This document shows, piece after piece, positions 42,101 to 60,695 of a stretch of 64,000 nt of DNA. The position numbers and the translations under genes were made by a program. The first letter of the stretch is position 1; each line of letters opens with the position of its first letter. The notes below the pieces were generated by a model that was not told where the DNA came from, made no database searches, and was given only the letters and a program-made list of their open reading frames with translations. Location of the stretch: assembly GCF_009914755.1 (NCBI RefSeq), contig NC_060932.1. One strand, 5' to 3'. The DNA is from the human T2T-CHM13v2.0 reference genome, Homo sapiens.

Positions 42101-42651
42101 TTGGTAGAATGATTTACTTTCCTTTGGGTATATACCCAGTACTAGGACTGCTGGGTCGATTATTCTGTCAAAAAGACACATACACTAGTATGTTCACTGC
42201 AGCACTATTTACAAAAGCAAAGACATGGAATCAACCTAAGTACCCATCAATGGTGCATTGGATAAAGGAAGTGTGGTACATACACAGCATGGAAAGCCAT
42301 AAAAAAGAAAAAATTGTGTCCTTTGCAGAAACATGAATGTTGCTGAAGGCCATAATCTTAAATAAATTAATGCAGGAACAGAAAACCAAATACTTCATGT
42401 TTTCACTTATAAGTGGGAGCTAAACACTGAGTACACATGGACATAAAGATGGGAACAACAGACACTGCTGACTACTGGAGAAGGAGGGAGAGGGTCATGG
42501 GTTGAAAACCTACCTGTTGGGTTCTATGCTCACTACCTGGGTGATGGGATCCATACCCTGGACCACAGTATCATGCAATATACTCATGTAACAAACCTGT
42601 ACATGTATCCTCAGAATCTCAAATACATCTTGATATTATTTATAAAAAAAG
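42101..42651 (+). mobile_element. Older L1PA (PA15/16-like) 3' end with 5' inversion
   Basis: Antisense L1 segment 42101-42159, then sense 3' end; TSD aaaagWaattaaaggcat at 42083-42100 and 42652-42669. Confidence 0.85.
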
Positions 42652-42917
42652 AAAAGAAATTAAAGGCATGGCTTTTGTTCTCAACATGATTACAATTTAG
42701 TTAAAAGACTAATGATTAAACCTTGACAAAATAATGGAAAGAAAAAACATAGTTTTAAGAATCAAATCACACAACAATTATGTGTGTTCTCATGGTTTAT
42801 ATGTTTATTAAGTTACCTTTCTCTGAAATTTTAATATAGAAATTGGTTTAAAATTGAATAGATAGATAGATACCCCTGCTTTAAGATAAGATGACTTGAT
42901 ACTATAAAAATATTGTT

Positions 42918-43222
42918 GCTGGGTGCAGTGGACCACACCTGTAATCCTAGCACCTTGAGAGGCTGAGGTGGGCAGATCATTTGAGGTCAGGAGTTCAAGA
43001 CCAGCCTGGCCAACATGGTGAAACCCCATCTCTACTAAAAATACAAAAATTAGCTGAGCATGGTGGCGGGCACCTGTAATTCCAGCTACTTGGGAGGCTA
43101 AGGCACAAGAATTACTTGAACCAGGAGGCAGAGGTTGCAGTGAGCCAAGATCACACCACTGCACTCCAGCCTGTGTGACAAGAGCTAAACTCCGTCTTAA
43201 AACAAACAAACAAACAAACAAA
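42918..43222 (+). mobile_element. AluS followed by (TA/CA/TG)n
   Basis: Alu dimer with (AAAC)n tail. Confidence 0.92.
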
Positions 43223-43339
43223 ATATATATATACACACACATGCACAAACATGCACACACATACATATATATGTGTATATGTATGTATATAATATATATG
43301 CATGTGTGTGTATGTATATATTCATTGTCTTTAAATTAA

Positions 43340-45000
43340 TTCTTAAACTTGAAGAAATTCCAATCAAGATTTCCAATGGATTTGCGGACTTCTTCAAGTA
43401 TTCACATGGATTCAAAAGCATACACTAAACAAATAGCTAAGTCAACTCTACAATAAAAGAAGATAGATACGTGATTTGTCCCTCTCAGATATTAAAGCAC
43501 AGTAACTAAATACAGTAAAGACTGACCAAGATCAAGAAAATTAAATTCATAAAGCAGAAGAAAAGGATCTGATTCAGACTCATGCACATGTGGGAATTAA
43601 CACACAGCAAAGTGATACCCCAAATTACAAGGAAAGAACGAATTGTAAATGGTGGTAGGAAAACTGGCTCACCACATGGAAGAAAATCAAAATGGATTTC
43701 TACCTTATGCAATATTTAAAGGTAAGCTCCAAACAGAGTTAAAAATATGAATATGAAAAATGGAAGTGTCAGATTAATTATAGTATACTTAATATTTTTT
43801 GATCTAATAGTGGAAAGGGCTTCTTAAACAAACTGTAGAGCAAAATGTTTACTAAATTGATCACATAAAATGGAAAAGCTTAAAAGTAACAAAGGGCACC
43901 ATGAGCAGATATAACAGGAAGATGACAGAATGGGAGAAGATAGTTACAATGTATAAATTCAACAAGGAATATAGGAGGAAATAAAAAGAATACAAGTACA
44001 CCAATAAAAAAATGGGCAAACGATACGAATAGAAATCATTTAAAAATGAAATCATTTAAAAAGTATGTTTAAAAGTTGTTCAAGCTTTATAATAATTAAG
44101 AAAATACAATTTAAAATAACAATAATATATATCAAATATTGACTAGATTAGGAAAAAACGTGAAAGCTGAATAAAGCCAATGATTGGCAGATATGTAGAG
44201 ATCTGGGAACCCTCATGTACAATTGGTTGGAGAGTAGAGCAAGGCTGAGTCCAATTCAGTAATAATATACCTTACGGTGGCTGTATATTCATCTGTTCCA
44301 TGAAAGGGTTGAATGTACTAAGTGGCCCCCAAATGCTGAAGGAGCCAAAAAAGAACAGGGGAGACAAATTCAGTTTGGAGGTAAAGTGTGTTTTACTGGA
44401 GGAACTTACAGACAGAAGCCTGGTCTTGGGTGGTTGTAAGACGAGTGGATCTTCACAACTGTGACCCCCAGACCCAGGGCTGGGTATATTTCCATAGGGA
44501 AAGGGGATACATGATCTGTGCAAGACAATTAAAGGCATCCTCCGGAACAGGCAAATGTCACAGCCTGTAATGTGTGCCATAACATCAAGGTTGACAGCAC
44601 TACACACAGGAGATAAAATAGCAATCAGGAGGCATTCACAAGACTGGGGTAATCGGAAGCCAACGTAGTGGATTAGCATCTAAGCTGGAGTCACTTTTGT
44701 CTCCACACGGTCTCAGAGAAAACCCCCAAGTTTCCTTAGGGAATCTGTTAAGATGTTTGTCACAGCATTGCTTGTGCTAGTAAGGCATTGGAGGCAAACT
44801 AACTACCCATCCCTGAAGGAATGGGAAAGTTAAAAGGTAATAGATGCTCATTATGGAGTATTAGACAGCAGTTAGAAGCCATAGATTACATGTAAATGCA
44901 GGAACATGGATGGCTTTTGGAAACATACTGCCAAATGAATAGCAAGATAAGAATGAGATTCACACCCCAATGTCATATAATAACATGTTAAAAATACATG
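43340..45000 (+). mobile_element. Old L1ME-like relic, interrupted by an LTR
   Basis: gacagaatgggagaagata and aaaaaatgggcaaa motifs. Confidence 0.6.
44273..44707 (-). mobile_element. LTR47-like solo LTR
   Basis: Minus strand begins tgtggagacaaaagtgactccagcttagatgctaatcc. Confidence 0.6.
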
Positions 45001-45003
45001 CCG

Positions 45004-46325
<1,322 letters not shown>

Positions 46326-48136
46326 AAAAAAAATCCATGCCCACAAAGCCATGCACACTTTAAAGAACATATATAAATAAAAGTCATATCAAACCTCATG
46401 AATTAGTTGCCCATGAGGGCATAGGGAGGGGATGGGTATGAGAAAAGGGGTAAAAACAAAGAAGATCCCCAACCTCATGTTACAGAAGAAGAAATTAAAA
46501 TCAGGAAGGGTAAAGTGATTTAGCTAAGGCTGTTCATACAACATAGGCTTTCTGACCCTGAGTACAGCAAAAGCTGTTTTCATAGCTAAGACCTGCTCTG
46601 CCTGCTCTGAGGATAAACTAAGAGTGAATTCACTCCAGGGGTAGAAGAAGGAAAATTCAGTAGATGAATCCAAAGGAAGCATGAACCTTTCCATGAAGTG
46701 GGAAAGGAAGATGTGGCTTTGGGTCTTTAAAGCAAGTGATGGCTTGCCAAAGGGCTCGCCATAAGGTTATACACGGGAGCTGGCTTTAGGGCCAGAGACC
46801 CGGTGAGTCAGACAAAAGGTATTACCTAGGGCCAAACCTGAAGAAGCTAAATTTCCAGAAGACGTATTGACAAGTTGATAGCTTCATGGAATTAATGAAA
46901 AACATCAATGGGAAGGATTTCTCGGACCAGAAGGCAGGGAAATTTCCCAAATCAGAACAAAGTTGGGGAATGGCATAGCCAGGCCTGTAGAGAGGCTCAG
47001 AAGAGGAATATTTGGCAGAGATAGAAAACAGTTTTGTTCTCTTTTTCCTATTTTCTTAATAAAACTTAAAAACTTTAAAAGGACTCTAAAAGCCTTTCCT
47101 GCAATTGGAATAGTGACAGCAAAGGTGATCCCAGAGGTCGGGGAGCAGGGGGCTGGGGACGGGGTGGAGAGGAGTCATGGGAGCAGAGATGCCAAGATGG
47201 CCTGGGCACCTCCTGAACAGGTGCAGTTACGCATTCGTAGGATCCTCTGAGAAAGTGATAGCATTTGAAGTTAGAAAAGTTCCACTCAAAATTAAATCAT
47301 CTTAGTATAGAAGACTGAGGAAACTAATTAAATTCTCAAATCACAGCAAACAAGAAGAGCACACTGTTCTCAACACCTCCAAGTATCAGAAGAGATTTAG
47401 GCAAAGACACATGGTTTTGCTCCACACTCAAGCCCACCTACTTTGGGGATTCCCCATCCTGTTAATATCTTTTTGAAACAATAAACAAGCCCAGTTGGCG
47501 GAATTACTTGGGGGTCAGGAATGCATATGTTTTCAAGTGAACACTGGGAATAGAAAAGCTGAAAGAAAAATTGTCACAGTCAATAACCAATCATTACAGG
47601 TCGAGATCTGAAAAGCAACTGATATGTGCATCACTACACAAGTATTCACAAGGAGAAAGTCTTTTTCTACCAGAGTTTTATCAAGGCTACCAAGGGTTAT
47701 CAGGCAATTCAATAGTGCTTTACAAGTTATGATACAATCATAAAATGAAAATCTATGCCACAATTAAGACAAATGAAACTAAGATTATAGCATGTTACCA
47801 TTTCTGAAAAAGATATAAAAGGAAAAATTAAGCTGCATCTATATGCATAGAATATTTCAAAGAAAATTGGAAAGTGGTTTCATCTGAGAATTAGGTAGCT
47901 AAGAAATAGGAATAGGTGGGAGACTTTTCACATACTATACTTTTCATAGTTTTTGAATTGTGAATTTGCTGCCTCTGCAAAAAAAGAATGAATAAAATGT
48001 TAAAATAACAAATATTCACATATTTATACTCAACCATTTTGCTCAAAGACTTCAAGAACAAATACCAAAATATATCTACATCTAATACAATCAGATAAAA
48101 TAAATGAGTGATACATATTTAAAATAAAACAGGAGA

Positions 48137-48443
48137 GGCCAGGCTTGGCAGCTCACGCCTGTAATCCCAGCACTTTGGGAGGCCAAGGCAGGCAGATCAC
48201 TTGAGGTCAGGAGTTCAAAACCAGCCTGGCCAACATGGTGAAACCCTGTCGCTATTAAAAATACAAAAATTAGCCGGGTGTGGTGGTGCGTGCCTGTAAT
48301 CCCAGCTACTCGAGTGGCTGATGCAGGAGAATCTCTTGAATCCAGGAGGTGGAGGTTGCAGTGAGCTGAGATCATGCAAATGCACTCCAGTGTGGGCAAC
48401 AGAGCAAGACTCCATCCAAAAATAAAAATAAAATAAAATAAAA
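48137..48443 (+). mobile_element. AluSx-like
   Basis: Full dimer; TSD aaaataaaacagg. Confidence 0.92.
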
Positions 48444-49199
48444 CAGGGGAAATAAAATAACAATCAGAGGTAAGTCAAGCACAAGAAATGTGTACACAGC
48501 ACCCTGTTTGGTTGCTGGATGTGACCATGAATTTGGTGTCAAAAGCAAATCAAAAAACAGAGTCAAGGGTCTACACTGAGCTGCCACTCAAAAGAGGAAT
48601 GGCTTTTCTTGTAGAGGAGAGCAAAGGAAAATTTCTCTCAAACATCCATCTAAATAAGACTCTGGGATACCACAGGCAGTGCCCTCAACCACAGGGCACA
48701 GCTGAGGAGACCCCCAGGAGAATCCTGTCCTTCCATCTCCACGCAGAAGGTGGGATGGTTCGGGCTATTTAGCAGTGAGGCACAGAGCTCAGGACCTAGG
48801 AGACAGCTGGCCCCAAAAGGTAGGCACAAGAGAAATGCTATAGGTCAGACATGCCACTTGGCACACAGGCTCCAAGTTCCAACTGGAAAACCTCTTGTGT
48901 TTGATCAACTAAGTCAGGGGAAATGAAGAGAAAAGTCTAAGTCAATAGCTTGTTATTCTTTTGCCTTTTAGACAAACAGCACATTGTTTGCTTCCATTAC
49001 CTCCCCGGCACTGTAATAAAATGGGCATCAGCTTCACGGCAGCTCCCAAACACTCGGTTTCAACAGTTGTTTCATTCATTTGCCAAAACCACTCCCTTTG
49101 GGAATCACAGTCTTTCCTCTCCTTCTCTTTCTTTTTCACCCCAGCATCCCCAATGCAGGTCCTAATCACCACATTTCCTCCAGCATCACAGATACACAG

Positions 49200-51358
49200 T
49201 GCACAGAGACAATACTACGTGTTCACCAAACCAGTTTCATTTTCCTCCTGGGCATCCGGCAAAGTGACATGCCCCAGCCTCTCTACAGTAAGAAGAAAAC
49301 ATGCGATTGAGTTCTGGTCCATGGAACCTGGGAGATATGATATTGCCACTTCCAGGGCTGTCCCCTAAAATGTCCTGTGCAGTCACCCACAATCCCCATC
49401 AGTTCCCCAGATACCAGTTGGATTTTGATACTCAGGGCAACGTCAGAAGCCTCTGCCAGCCCGAGTTCTAAATAATTTTGTGGCCCAAAATCCCCCTCCA
49501 CTAACATATAATGACTATAATGTAAGGAAGAAAGAATTTTTTTTTTATTTCTAAGATGCTGAAAGTGTTTTTTGCCAGAATTAGCCTGCCTTGTCTAACG
49601 TAGATATTGGGGTTATCCTTAAACAAACAAACAAAAAAACCCTAAAAATATGACATTGGCTTGGCAGGTGGGTAGTAAATGGGGATGGTTAGGATATTGT
49701 AGATCTAGGTTATATGGTAGCAAAATACTGGCAAAACTTGCCAACAATACTCTGGAAGGCACACTACCTGCCTACGGAGCTTACAGTTGTAGGAAAACCA
49801 GAAGGTTCTATTCTAGGACTTCTAGGACATGGATAGAGTTCTAGAAGAATTGGAAGAGGATGAAGAATACTTTGATATATGTTATTTTGTTACTATATTC
49901 ATTACTAATTGTCTATTTTAGTGTTTGGTCAAGTTTTTCAAGAAAAAGAAGTCAGAATGCAACTGACCCATTAGCAGATAGAAGTCATATGAAAGAGACA
50001 ATCCATAAATTTGGGACATAGAGAATTGGAAAGACCATTTGCCAATTGCTTCTAGACATCCAACCATGAGAGACGGCATTTTTAAACACATTGAGTGTTG
50101 GAGACCCAGGGAAACTTCTCAGTTGAGCATGTGACTCAGGCCTTTGGCAAAAATCAAATGAAGGGCATAGCCTTTCCACTTGCTTTTTTTAGATAATCTT
50201 AAGATACCCACCATTAAATTGGAAAAAAGAAAGACAATGCTTCCTCACATGGGTAAGGAAGCATTAAAATAAACAAGCAGTCTTGAAATTGTATCTAGGA
50301 GAGAATTGTTTTGTTACTGATACATGGAACTTTCTAAAAAATAAATCGGAAGCCTTTTTACATTATTAAAAGAATAATATTACTAAAGACATTATGACAC
50401 TAAATTAGAAACACTTCTAATATTCTGCAAGCCTTAAATCAGTCTCAGGAAGGAAGTAGACTATGAATGCTGGCAGTCCCTAGGAGGAGAGAAGACCCAA
50501 GATCCATTTCTGATGTGGCCAGGAGAATAATGGACAGGAAAGAACTCCAGGGGTCAGTGCCAGGGGTCATTGGGAAAAATGAAAAAGAAAAGTCCCTCCT
50601 GCAGAGGAAGATCAGATTCTATTCTGGGAACTTGCCCCACTTTATGGAAAGGGAAAAGTCACAGTGTCGCCCTGCAGGATACTAGCTTTGCTGTGGACCA
50701 GCGATTTCTCTTTGTCTTCATTCTTCTTTTTTCTGGTTGAGAAATGTCACTGTTATCGTCACCATTGAAAAGTGTAGGGGAAAGCAGTAGTATTTCTCTT
50801 TTGCTCATAGGTCACTGGACCAAGGGGAGCCACATTCCCACTCAACAGGGAGGCCCACTCCTGGAGATCCTGAAATGTGAGCTGAATACAGTGATTGGGA
50901 AGAACTTGAGGTCACTCCTGTTAAGAGGGGATGTGTGTGTTCCATGTCAGGGAAAGAATGAGATGGATAGTTGGTGGCCAGAAGGGCAGACCATGATAGA
51001 GATGATGCTATGTGTTTGTTAAATCCATTTCCTTTTACCCACACATTTAAATTGCATTTTCCAACTTCTCCTGCAGGTAGGTGGGCTATGTGACTGAGTG
51101 CTAGCCAATGGGATATGGTCTGACTCCTAAAATCCACTAAGTGACATCAACGGCTGTCTGCAAATGAGAACTCAGGCTACAGAGCATACCCTACCCGTGT
51201 CCTCTTAATCAATGAGCATGAAGCACATCATCTAACAACTGCTCTTAGCCGTGTGCATATTGCCTGAGTTGGGTGTGCTCTTCAGCCTATTGTCTACTTC
51301 GTTATAGCCTCTTACCAGCAATTCACTTTGTGTTCCAGTGAACTATTTTGACTAATAA
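49200..51358 (+). mobile_element. Ancient MLT1 (J-like) MaLR element, LTR-internal-LTR
   Basis: Two related LTRs (tgcgattgagttctggtccatgg near 49282; tgtgactgagtgctagccaatgg near 51089) flanking about 1.4 kb of internal sequence ending ggccagaagggcagac. Confidence 0.55.
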
Positions 51359-53079
51359 TGACTGATAAAAGGTAAGATGCCCATGCTGGCCCTGCTGGAA
51401 TAAAACAAAAGGAAAATATAAAAGTAGTTAGAAATCTTACAGAAGATTAAGAATCTTCAATAAAATGGACAAGGAAACAGAAGTTGAACATTAACAGGCA
51501 ATCAGGGATAAGCCACCACACCACCAATCATCCAAAAAGATCTTCCATATGGAATAATTGTATTTATCATATCAGAAGTATTATCTGTGTAGTAAGTCCT
51601 AGGATATTACGAAGATATTACCCTGGACAAATGTACCAATAACTGTACTAACATCATCTGGGAGAAATTAAGCACTCATGATGCCAAGACGTTCAAAAAT
51701 ACTGAAACAGTGATTCTCAATGTGTAGTGCAAAGAAGGCATCCTCCCAGGCATCCTGCCATAAAGACTTTTCCTAGTCTTTACCCAGTTAGCACTTGCAT
51801 CTCCTTGAACACTTCACCTGCATTACCCAGGGTAGGTGTGGGCCTAGCAGGCCCCGACAGTACTCAAGTCCGGTTGGGGCAGTGCTGGGTGGTGCTGACA
51901 GGCTACAGTCACACCGCCTGATCTAAAACCCACAACTCTCACGCATCAGAAGGAAGTCATTTAGCCCGCATGCTTACTTCGGGCTATTAGAAAAAAGAAA
52001 AAGCAAAGGTAACAAGAAGAAGGTATGAGAGTCTATGGGAGAAAAGGCAACAAAGGCATTAGCAGCTCTGGAAAGTCATGAAACTTTAATCAGCACATTT
52101 TAAGAATCTTAATTTTCACCTTTTTATCACTACCCACAGGACACTTACACCTGATCTCCAACCTGACTTACAGAAGCTAGAAAATGCCCTTCCAGCTATT
52201 CCCCTGGATTAAATAGAAGCTAGCCAAGGCCAAAGTTCTGTCGGAAGTCAATCAGAACAGCAGAAACAGAAAAAATATATATGTTTTGGCATGTCTCTGT
52301 AGGTCCAATATGCCTGCTGCTACCATGATGAGAGAACAATACTAGATTCTGCCATTCCCAGGTGGGCTAAAAGGGCTCTTTCACCAGTACTGATATTCAC
52401 CAAGATTCAGAGATGTTTGAAAACTTTCCCACTGGCTTGAAGAAATGCCTTTGCCATAACTATAAAACTATCACCCATAACCCATATCTTGACATTGGGG
52501 TCTCAAGTACAGACCAATGCTCAATGTATTAATACATCATCCCTTCTTCTGGTGCAGACACCTAGGCCTTCATCAAAATTGTCCCACCCCTCCCCTCCTC
52601 CAGTCTCCCCCACCTTCAGCCCCTAGCCTGTGCATCCCCTGTCAGTGTCAGTAAATGACAGCCAGGAGCAAAGCTCTACAGGGGGGAGCACGGGAGGTAT
52701 GGCAAGAATGCACAAAAACACTCAGCACATGGCTCCCACCTGCCCTCAGGAAGCTTGCAGTCCTCTTGGGAGGGACGAGGATGCCTAACCACTGATTTCA
52801 TGAGACATGTGGCACAGCAACACAAGGGTTATTAGGGTTCACAGGAAGGGACAAGCAACTGGGCTGGTGCATGTATGGCTGGCTTGATGGGATCTGCCCA
52901 GCAAGAGTTCTTCCCGCTCTCTTAGGTCTACTCAGTACCTTCTTCCTTTGGCTGTGTGTGTGTTTATGAATTCCTTTATTAATATATATGTGTATATTCT
53001 AAATATATATTTTAATACATAGAGAACATATAGCAAATATATATGTTTTTATATGTTCATATATATATATGGAGAGAGA

Positions 53080-53280
53080 AAGTCCTTACTTAACATCATC
53101 CATAGGTTCTTGGAAACTGAACCTTTAAGTGAAACCAGGTCTAGAAGGTCCTCAAGTAACATCATTTCATTCAATGTAATTTCAGTATAACATTGATGAG
53201 GAAAAAAATTGGTTCCATTATACACCATTTCACTTAAAGTCATAGTTTACAAAAACCCATGCATAACATTATGGACTTTC
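53080..53280. mobile_element. MER6B-like Tigger MITE
   Basis: aagtccttacttaacatcatccataggttcttggaaact…ttcacttaaagtc; quasi-palindromic. Confidence 0.65.
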
Positions 53281-53282
53281 CA

Positions 53283-55700
<2,418 letters not shown>

Positions 55701-57957
55701 TATATCATCTTTCTGCCCTGTACTTTTTTCTTTTTCCTACGTTGCAGAAAACCACTCCTTCATTCATACAAGCAACTCTTTCCCTTTGCAGGAAATTATT
55801 CTTTAGCCACTTGAAACTGCAGCAAACCACACAAATGGCCTCCCTGGGAAACTGTTTTTTTACCCCCGTAACGCTTAGGCCCTTTCCTTTGAAAGCTTTC
55901 TCTTCCTTCTGTGTCTGTGTCTACTTGTTCTGTTGACTCAGACTATTCGTCCAGTGAATAGAGACAACATCTAATTATATTTCCTACTGAAATGTTAATG
56001 TGTTCTTAACGCTTAGCAAGTAAGAAAAATAAAAATGCCTCTATGTTCCCTATTTTTTTTCACCTGAGGACTTCATATGCAAAAATAGATTTTTAAAGCA
56101 TAGCATGTAAAGGTTTGGTTGGTTAGACATATATTAGGTTTTTCTGTCCTCTCGTGCAAAGGTTCAGCCTTTTAAATGGGGTGTGCAGCTATTAGGCATT
56201 AACCCATCTGTTTTGTTTTGCTCTCCTACTTTGGAAGATTAACACACTCGTCTCACAGCAAAAGTCATACCAAAAGCCATTCTCTTCCCCAACAATATGC
56301 CCTGACCACCACCAACTATCTATCATTTAGAAATATTCAGTTATAGAGTTATGCTGCCAAATGCTTAAGAGCCTCACAGATTCCAAACTCTTCTTTCCTT
56401 GATATCCTGACCCCATCCTTTCCTAACACAATGATGCCAGGGTAGCCCTCTCAATACTCCTTAAAGATAGATACCAAGATTTTTCTCATTCCACTCGCCC
56501 CTAAACTTAACCCATTTGTGGAGGCATGGATAAATCATGACATTCTCCAACAAGTCTTTCTTGGCCATAATAGCTCTAAATGATGCTTCCCTCTTTTAAA
56601 GTGTAATATGCAAATATCTACGAAGTTAACAGCACGATGTAATGTACAACAGGACGCCAAGTGGGCAAAAGAACTAACACTTTCTTTGTATCAAATTCCG
56701 TCAGTAGCTCCTTAAAAGCAGACAGCAGAATTCTACAGATCATGTGCTTGGAATCATACAGGTATTTTTGCCACACTGAACTATCGGTGACTTTTTCTCT
56801 CGATGAAGTTTATGAGCTTCTCAGGGACAAGGATCATTTCTCATATAGGTTCAGAATCCCCTGCAATAACTAACTCTAATATTGCTGGATATACAGAAAA
56901 TACGCAGTGGATTCTCACTGATTTGCCCCATAAGGAAGCTGAGAAAACTATCAGGTTGAACTGAAAAATGAAATCATACTAAAACAATAAATCAGTAATA
57001 GGGCATGGAGACTAAGTGTGACAGCAATTTCAATGAATTGAATGGAATTTCGATCTCCTAGAGACCCACTCCATAAGTCACTGCAGCAGGGAAGGTGTCT
57101 CTGGAGAGAAGAGGCAGATTGATAGAAACAGAATATCAGTTTTCAAATGGCCTTAGAGATCATCTGATGCAAGCCATCTTCTTAGAGAAAAAGAAAGTGC
57201 TGGAGAAACCTCAACCAAAGCTGGGGAGGCCGGAAATTGATATAAGGTATCCTCAGTCCTGACTGTGCCCTTTTCACATGCTCAGCAGCTTTGCGGCAAG
57301 AATGCACAGCTCTTTCTCACTGTAGGAAGGGCCTTACCTCTGCCTGGAAGAAGGGAGGGAAATATCATTCAGAGTTCCCATCCACAATTAATGGGAATGC
57401 ATTTAATGTTATCTCGATGATGTGTAACACTGTTAATTGCAGATCTGTTGTAATTGCTTTATTTTCTCTATGTCATCTAGCTACATCCAACAAACACTAA
57501 CACATTCTCTAAACAATTAGATTGTGCAACAGCGAGGGTACAGTATGTTAACAGGAAAACGTGCAAAATATGCAATCAAATAACTAAACACTTCATTGAG
57601 CAGCTGAATTTTTTTCTTCCTTTAAACAATTTTTCATTGTTTTCAATGTTCTGACGTTACTTTTCTAGTCAGGCAGTGTGGGGCAGGGTCACCAGTGCAG
57701 TTTTTTCACACACCCACCCCCTCCACGAACCCTCACTGAACACCTGTCATGGGCAGGCACTATTCCAGCAATTACGAAAGATCAAATGAATAAAACTCTG
57801 TTTCTGTCCTCATGAATCTAGTAAGATGATTACAAATGAACACAAAAAGTCTAATAAAGGAAGAACATAAAGTACTAATGGGAGGCTATGGAATTTCAGA
57901 GCAGGGACAAATTCCCCCATTTCCTTAACTGGGGAAAACATACTAATAAAAAAATCT

Positions 57958-58309
<352 letters not shown>

Positions 58310-58839
58310 TTATGAAGCCATAGCCACAGAAATTTGGAAGTCCTTAATTTCAAACGATGGACTTTTTTAGATAATTCTTTAAAGCTCAAATTGATTTCTA
58401 ACACTTGGTTGCCTTTTAACAATGACTATACGAATTTTTTCACAGGTGCTGATTTTAAAAGTTTTCATCAAACATTTGCTTTCATCAAAACATTGCTGCA
58501 AAGGAATTAATGATGAATAAGCATATAACTTTGCATATTTGATAGACTTCACAGCTTCCAAAGCATTTTCACAGGTACAATTTCGATAGATCTCATTTGG
58601 TCACCACAAAATCCTGAGGAGTATGCAGGGCCCATTGACTGTCTTTCTGGGTGCGTATGTGTGTGTGTTATTATAGTTATTTTTATTGTGCACAGAGGAA
58701 TCTGAGGCCCAGAGGAGTTTGAGGAATGATAGTGACAACTGGCATTTGTCAGACTTGTCAGACAAAAAGAAAATTGCTGGATAAGCCTTCCAATATAAAA
58801 TTACTTACAAGTTCTTACACTTGGAAACTCATGTTCTTA

Positions 58840-59440
<601 letters not shown>

Positions 59441-60155
59441 CTCCCAGTTCTCTTTACTCAATCCACAGCACCTCATTTCTTCCTCATCCTCGGACACAGG
59501 CCAACCTCTCTCCTCTCATCCTCTGCTCCCAATAGAGGATCAAAAAGTGGTCTGTTGCTCCCCGATTCTAAACAGCCAGTGCCACTAATTTATGACTTTG
59601 AAGAGTATTTGCACTTTAAGACTTGGTTATAACTCTGCAGAAGGCATCTTGATTGTGATAAGCACATGTTGGGTATTGGCCATCAGGTGGAAGAAATTTT
59701 CAGGGAGGAAGTGGCCCACGGCTGCTTCATTACTTGCTGCTGTCTTTCCCTACAGTGTTTAACAAAGGTCTTCTGAGCTTATCTTTGGGGTCATAGGTGG
59801 AGACAGGAGCTGGCACAATGCATTGCACCCTGGATCCCTGAAAGGAACTTTGTGGATGCACAGTGACAGATTTAACAAGTAGAGAAAGCCCAAGCAGAGT
59901 CTCCAGGGGCTGAGATACAAATTTTAAAAAAAGGATCTGGGAAGCAGCCAGAGTCTGACAATGACATCCCCAACCCTCACTCCCAACCCCACACATATAC
60001 ACTTGTCCTGGCCTTGACCTCAGACTGTACAGGCTCAAGTCCTGTGGTTCTTCAAATGTGCCCCAAGTCCAGAAGGAGGATCCTGGAGTCCTACAACAAT
60101 GACCCGGGCTGCTCCCTCCTACATTTGCAAACAGAGTGGGAAACGCTGTCCTTAC

Positions 60156-60257
60156 CTCGTAGTGGGCCACACGCTGCGATTCGGAGATCAGCTGTGCACT
60201 GCACACCTTGCAGTAACTGTCTGTGAATAAATCCTGATCAATATCGGAGGACTTCAT
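60156..60257 (-). CDS. ZMAT4: ZMAT4 first coding exon (exon 60156-60261 including 4 nt of 5'UTR), [34 protein letters not shown]
   Basis: Acceptor ctcttgtag|cctgATG and donor GAG|gtaagg. 34 codons with the CxxC and first His of a matrin/U1-type C2H2 finger; recognised as the ZMAT4 N-terminus. Confidence 0.95.
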
Positions 60258-60557
60258 CAGGCTACAAGAGAATCAACAGAAAAGAAAAATGAGTCCACTG
60301 CTTTGATGTTTATGCAAGATATTAACCGTATGAAAAGCCAGGATCACAGTAACAGGTCTGACAATGGTGACAGAGGGGTGGATCTCCCTACACTCTTGAT
60401 GTTATCATATCGATTAACCATAATATGTGCATAGGTTATAGTTTTCTCACAAATGCCCAACAGAGTTGCTTTACCCTAAAAAATAGAAATCCAGCTATAG
60501 TTTTTCTGTTGAACAAGCCAGACTTATATCTAATGCCTTGTCAAGAGTTTATGTGAG

Positions 60558-60695
60558 GGCAGGGCTCCGTGGCTCACGCCTGTAGTCCCAGTGTTTTGGG
60601 AGGCCGAGGTGGGAGCATCACTTGAGGCCAAGAGTTTGAGACCAGCATGGGCAACATAGAGAGATTCTGTCTCTACAAAACTAAAAATTCTTAAA
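60558..60695 (+). mobile_element. FLAM or AluJ left monomer
   Basis: Single monomer; flanking repeat tttatgtgag. Confidence 0.85.

Noticed and set aside
59730-60257. 175-aa ORF starting at the ZMAT4 ATG
   Set aside because: Only the first 34 codons are exonic. The rest is read-through past a strong donor (GAG|gtaagg) with no recognisable domain.
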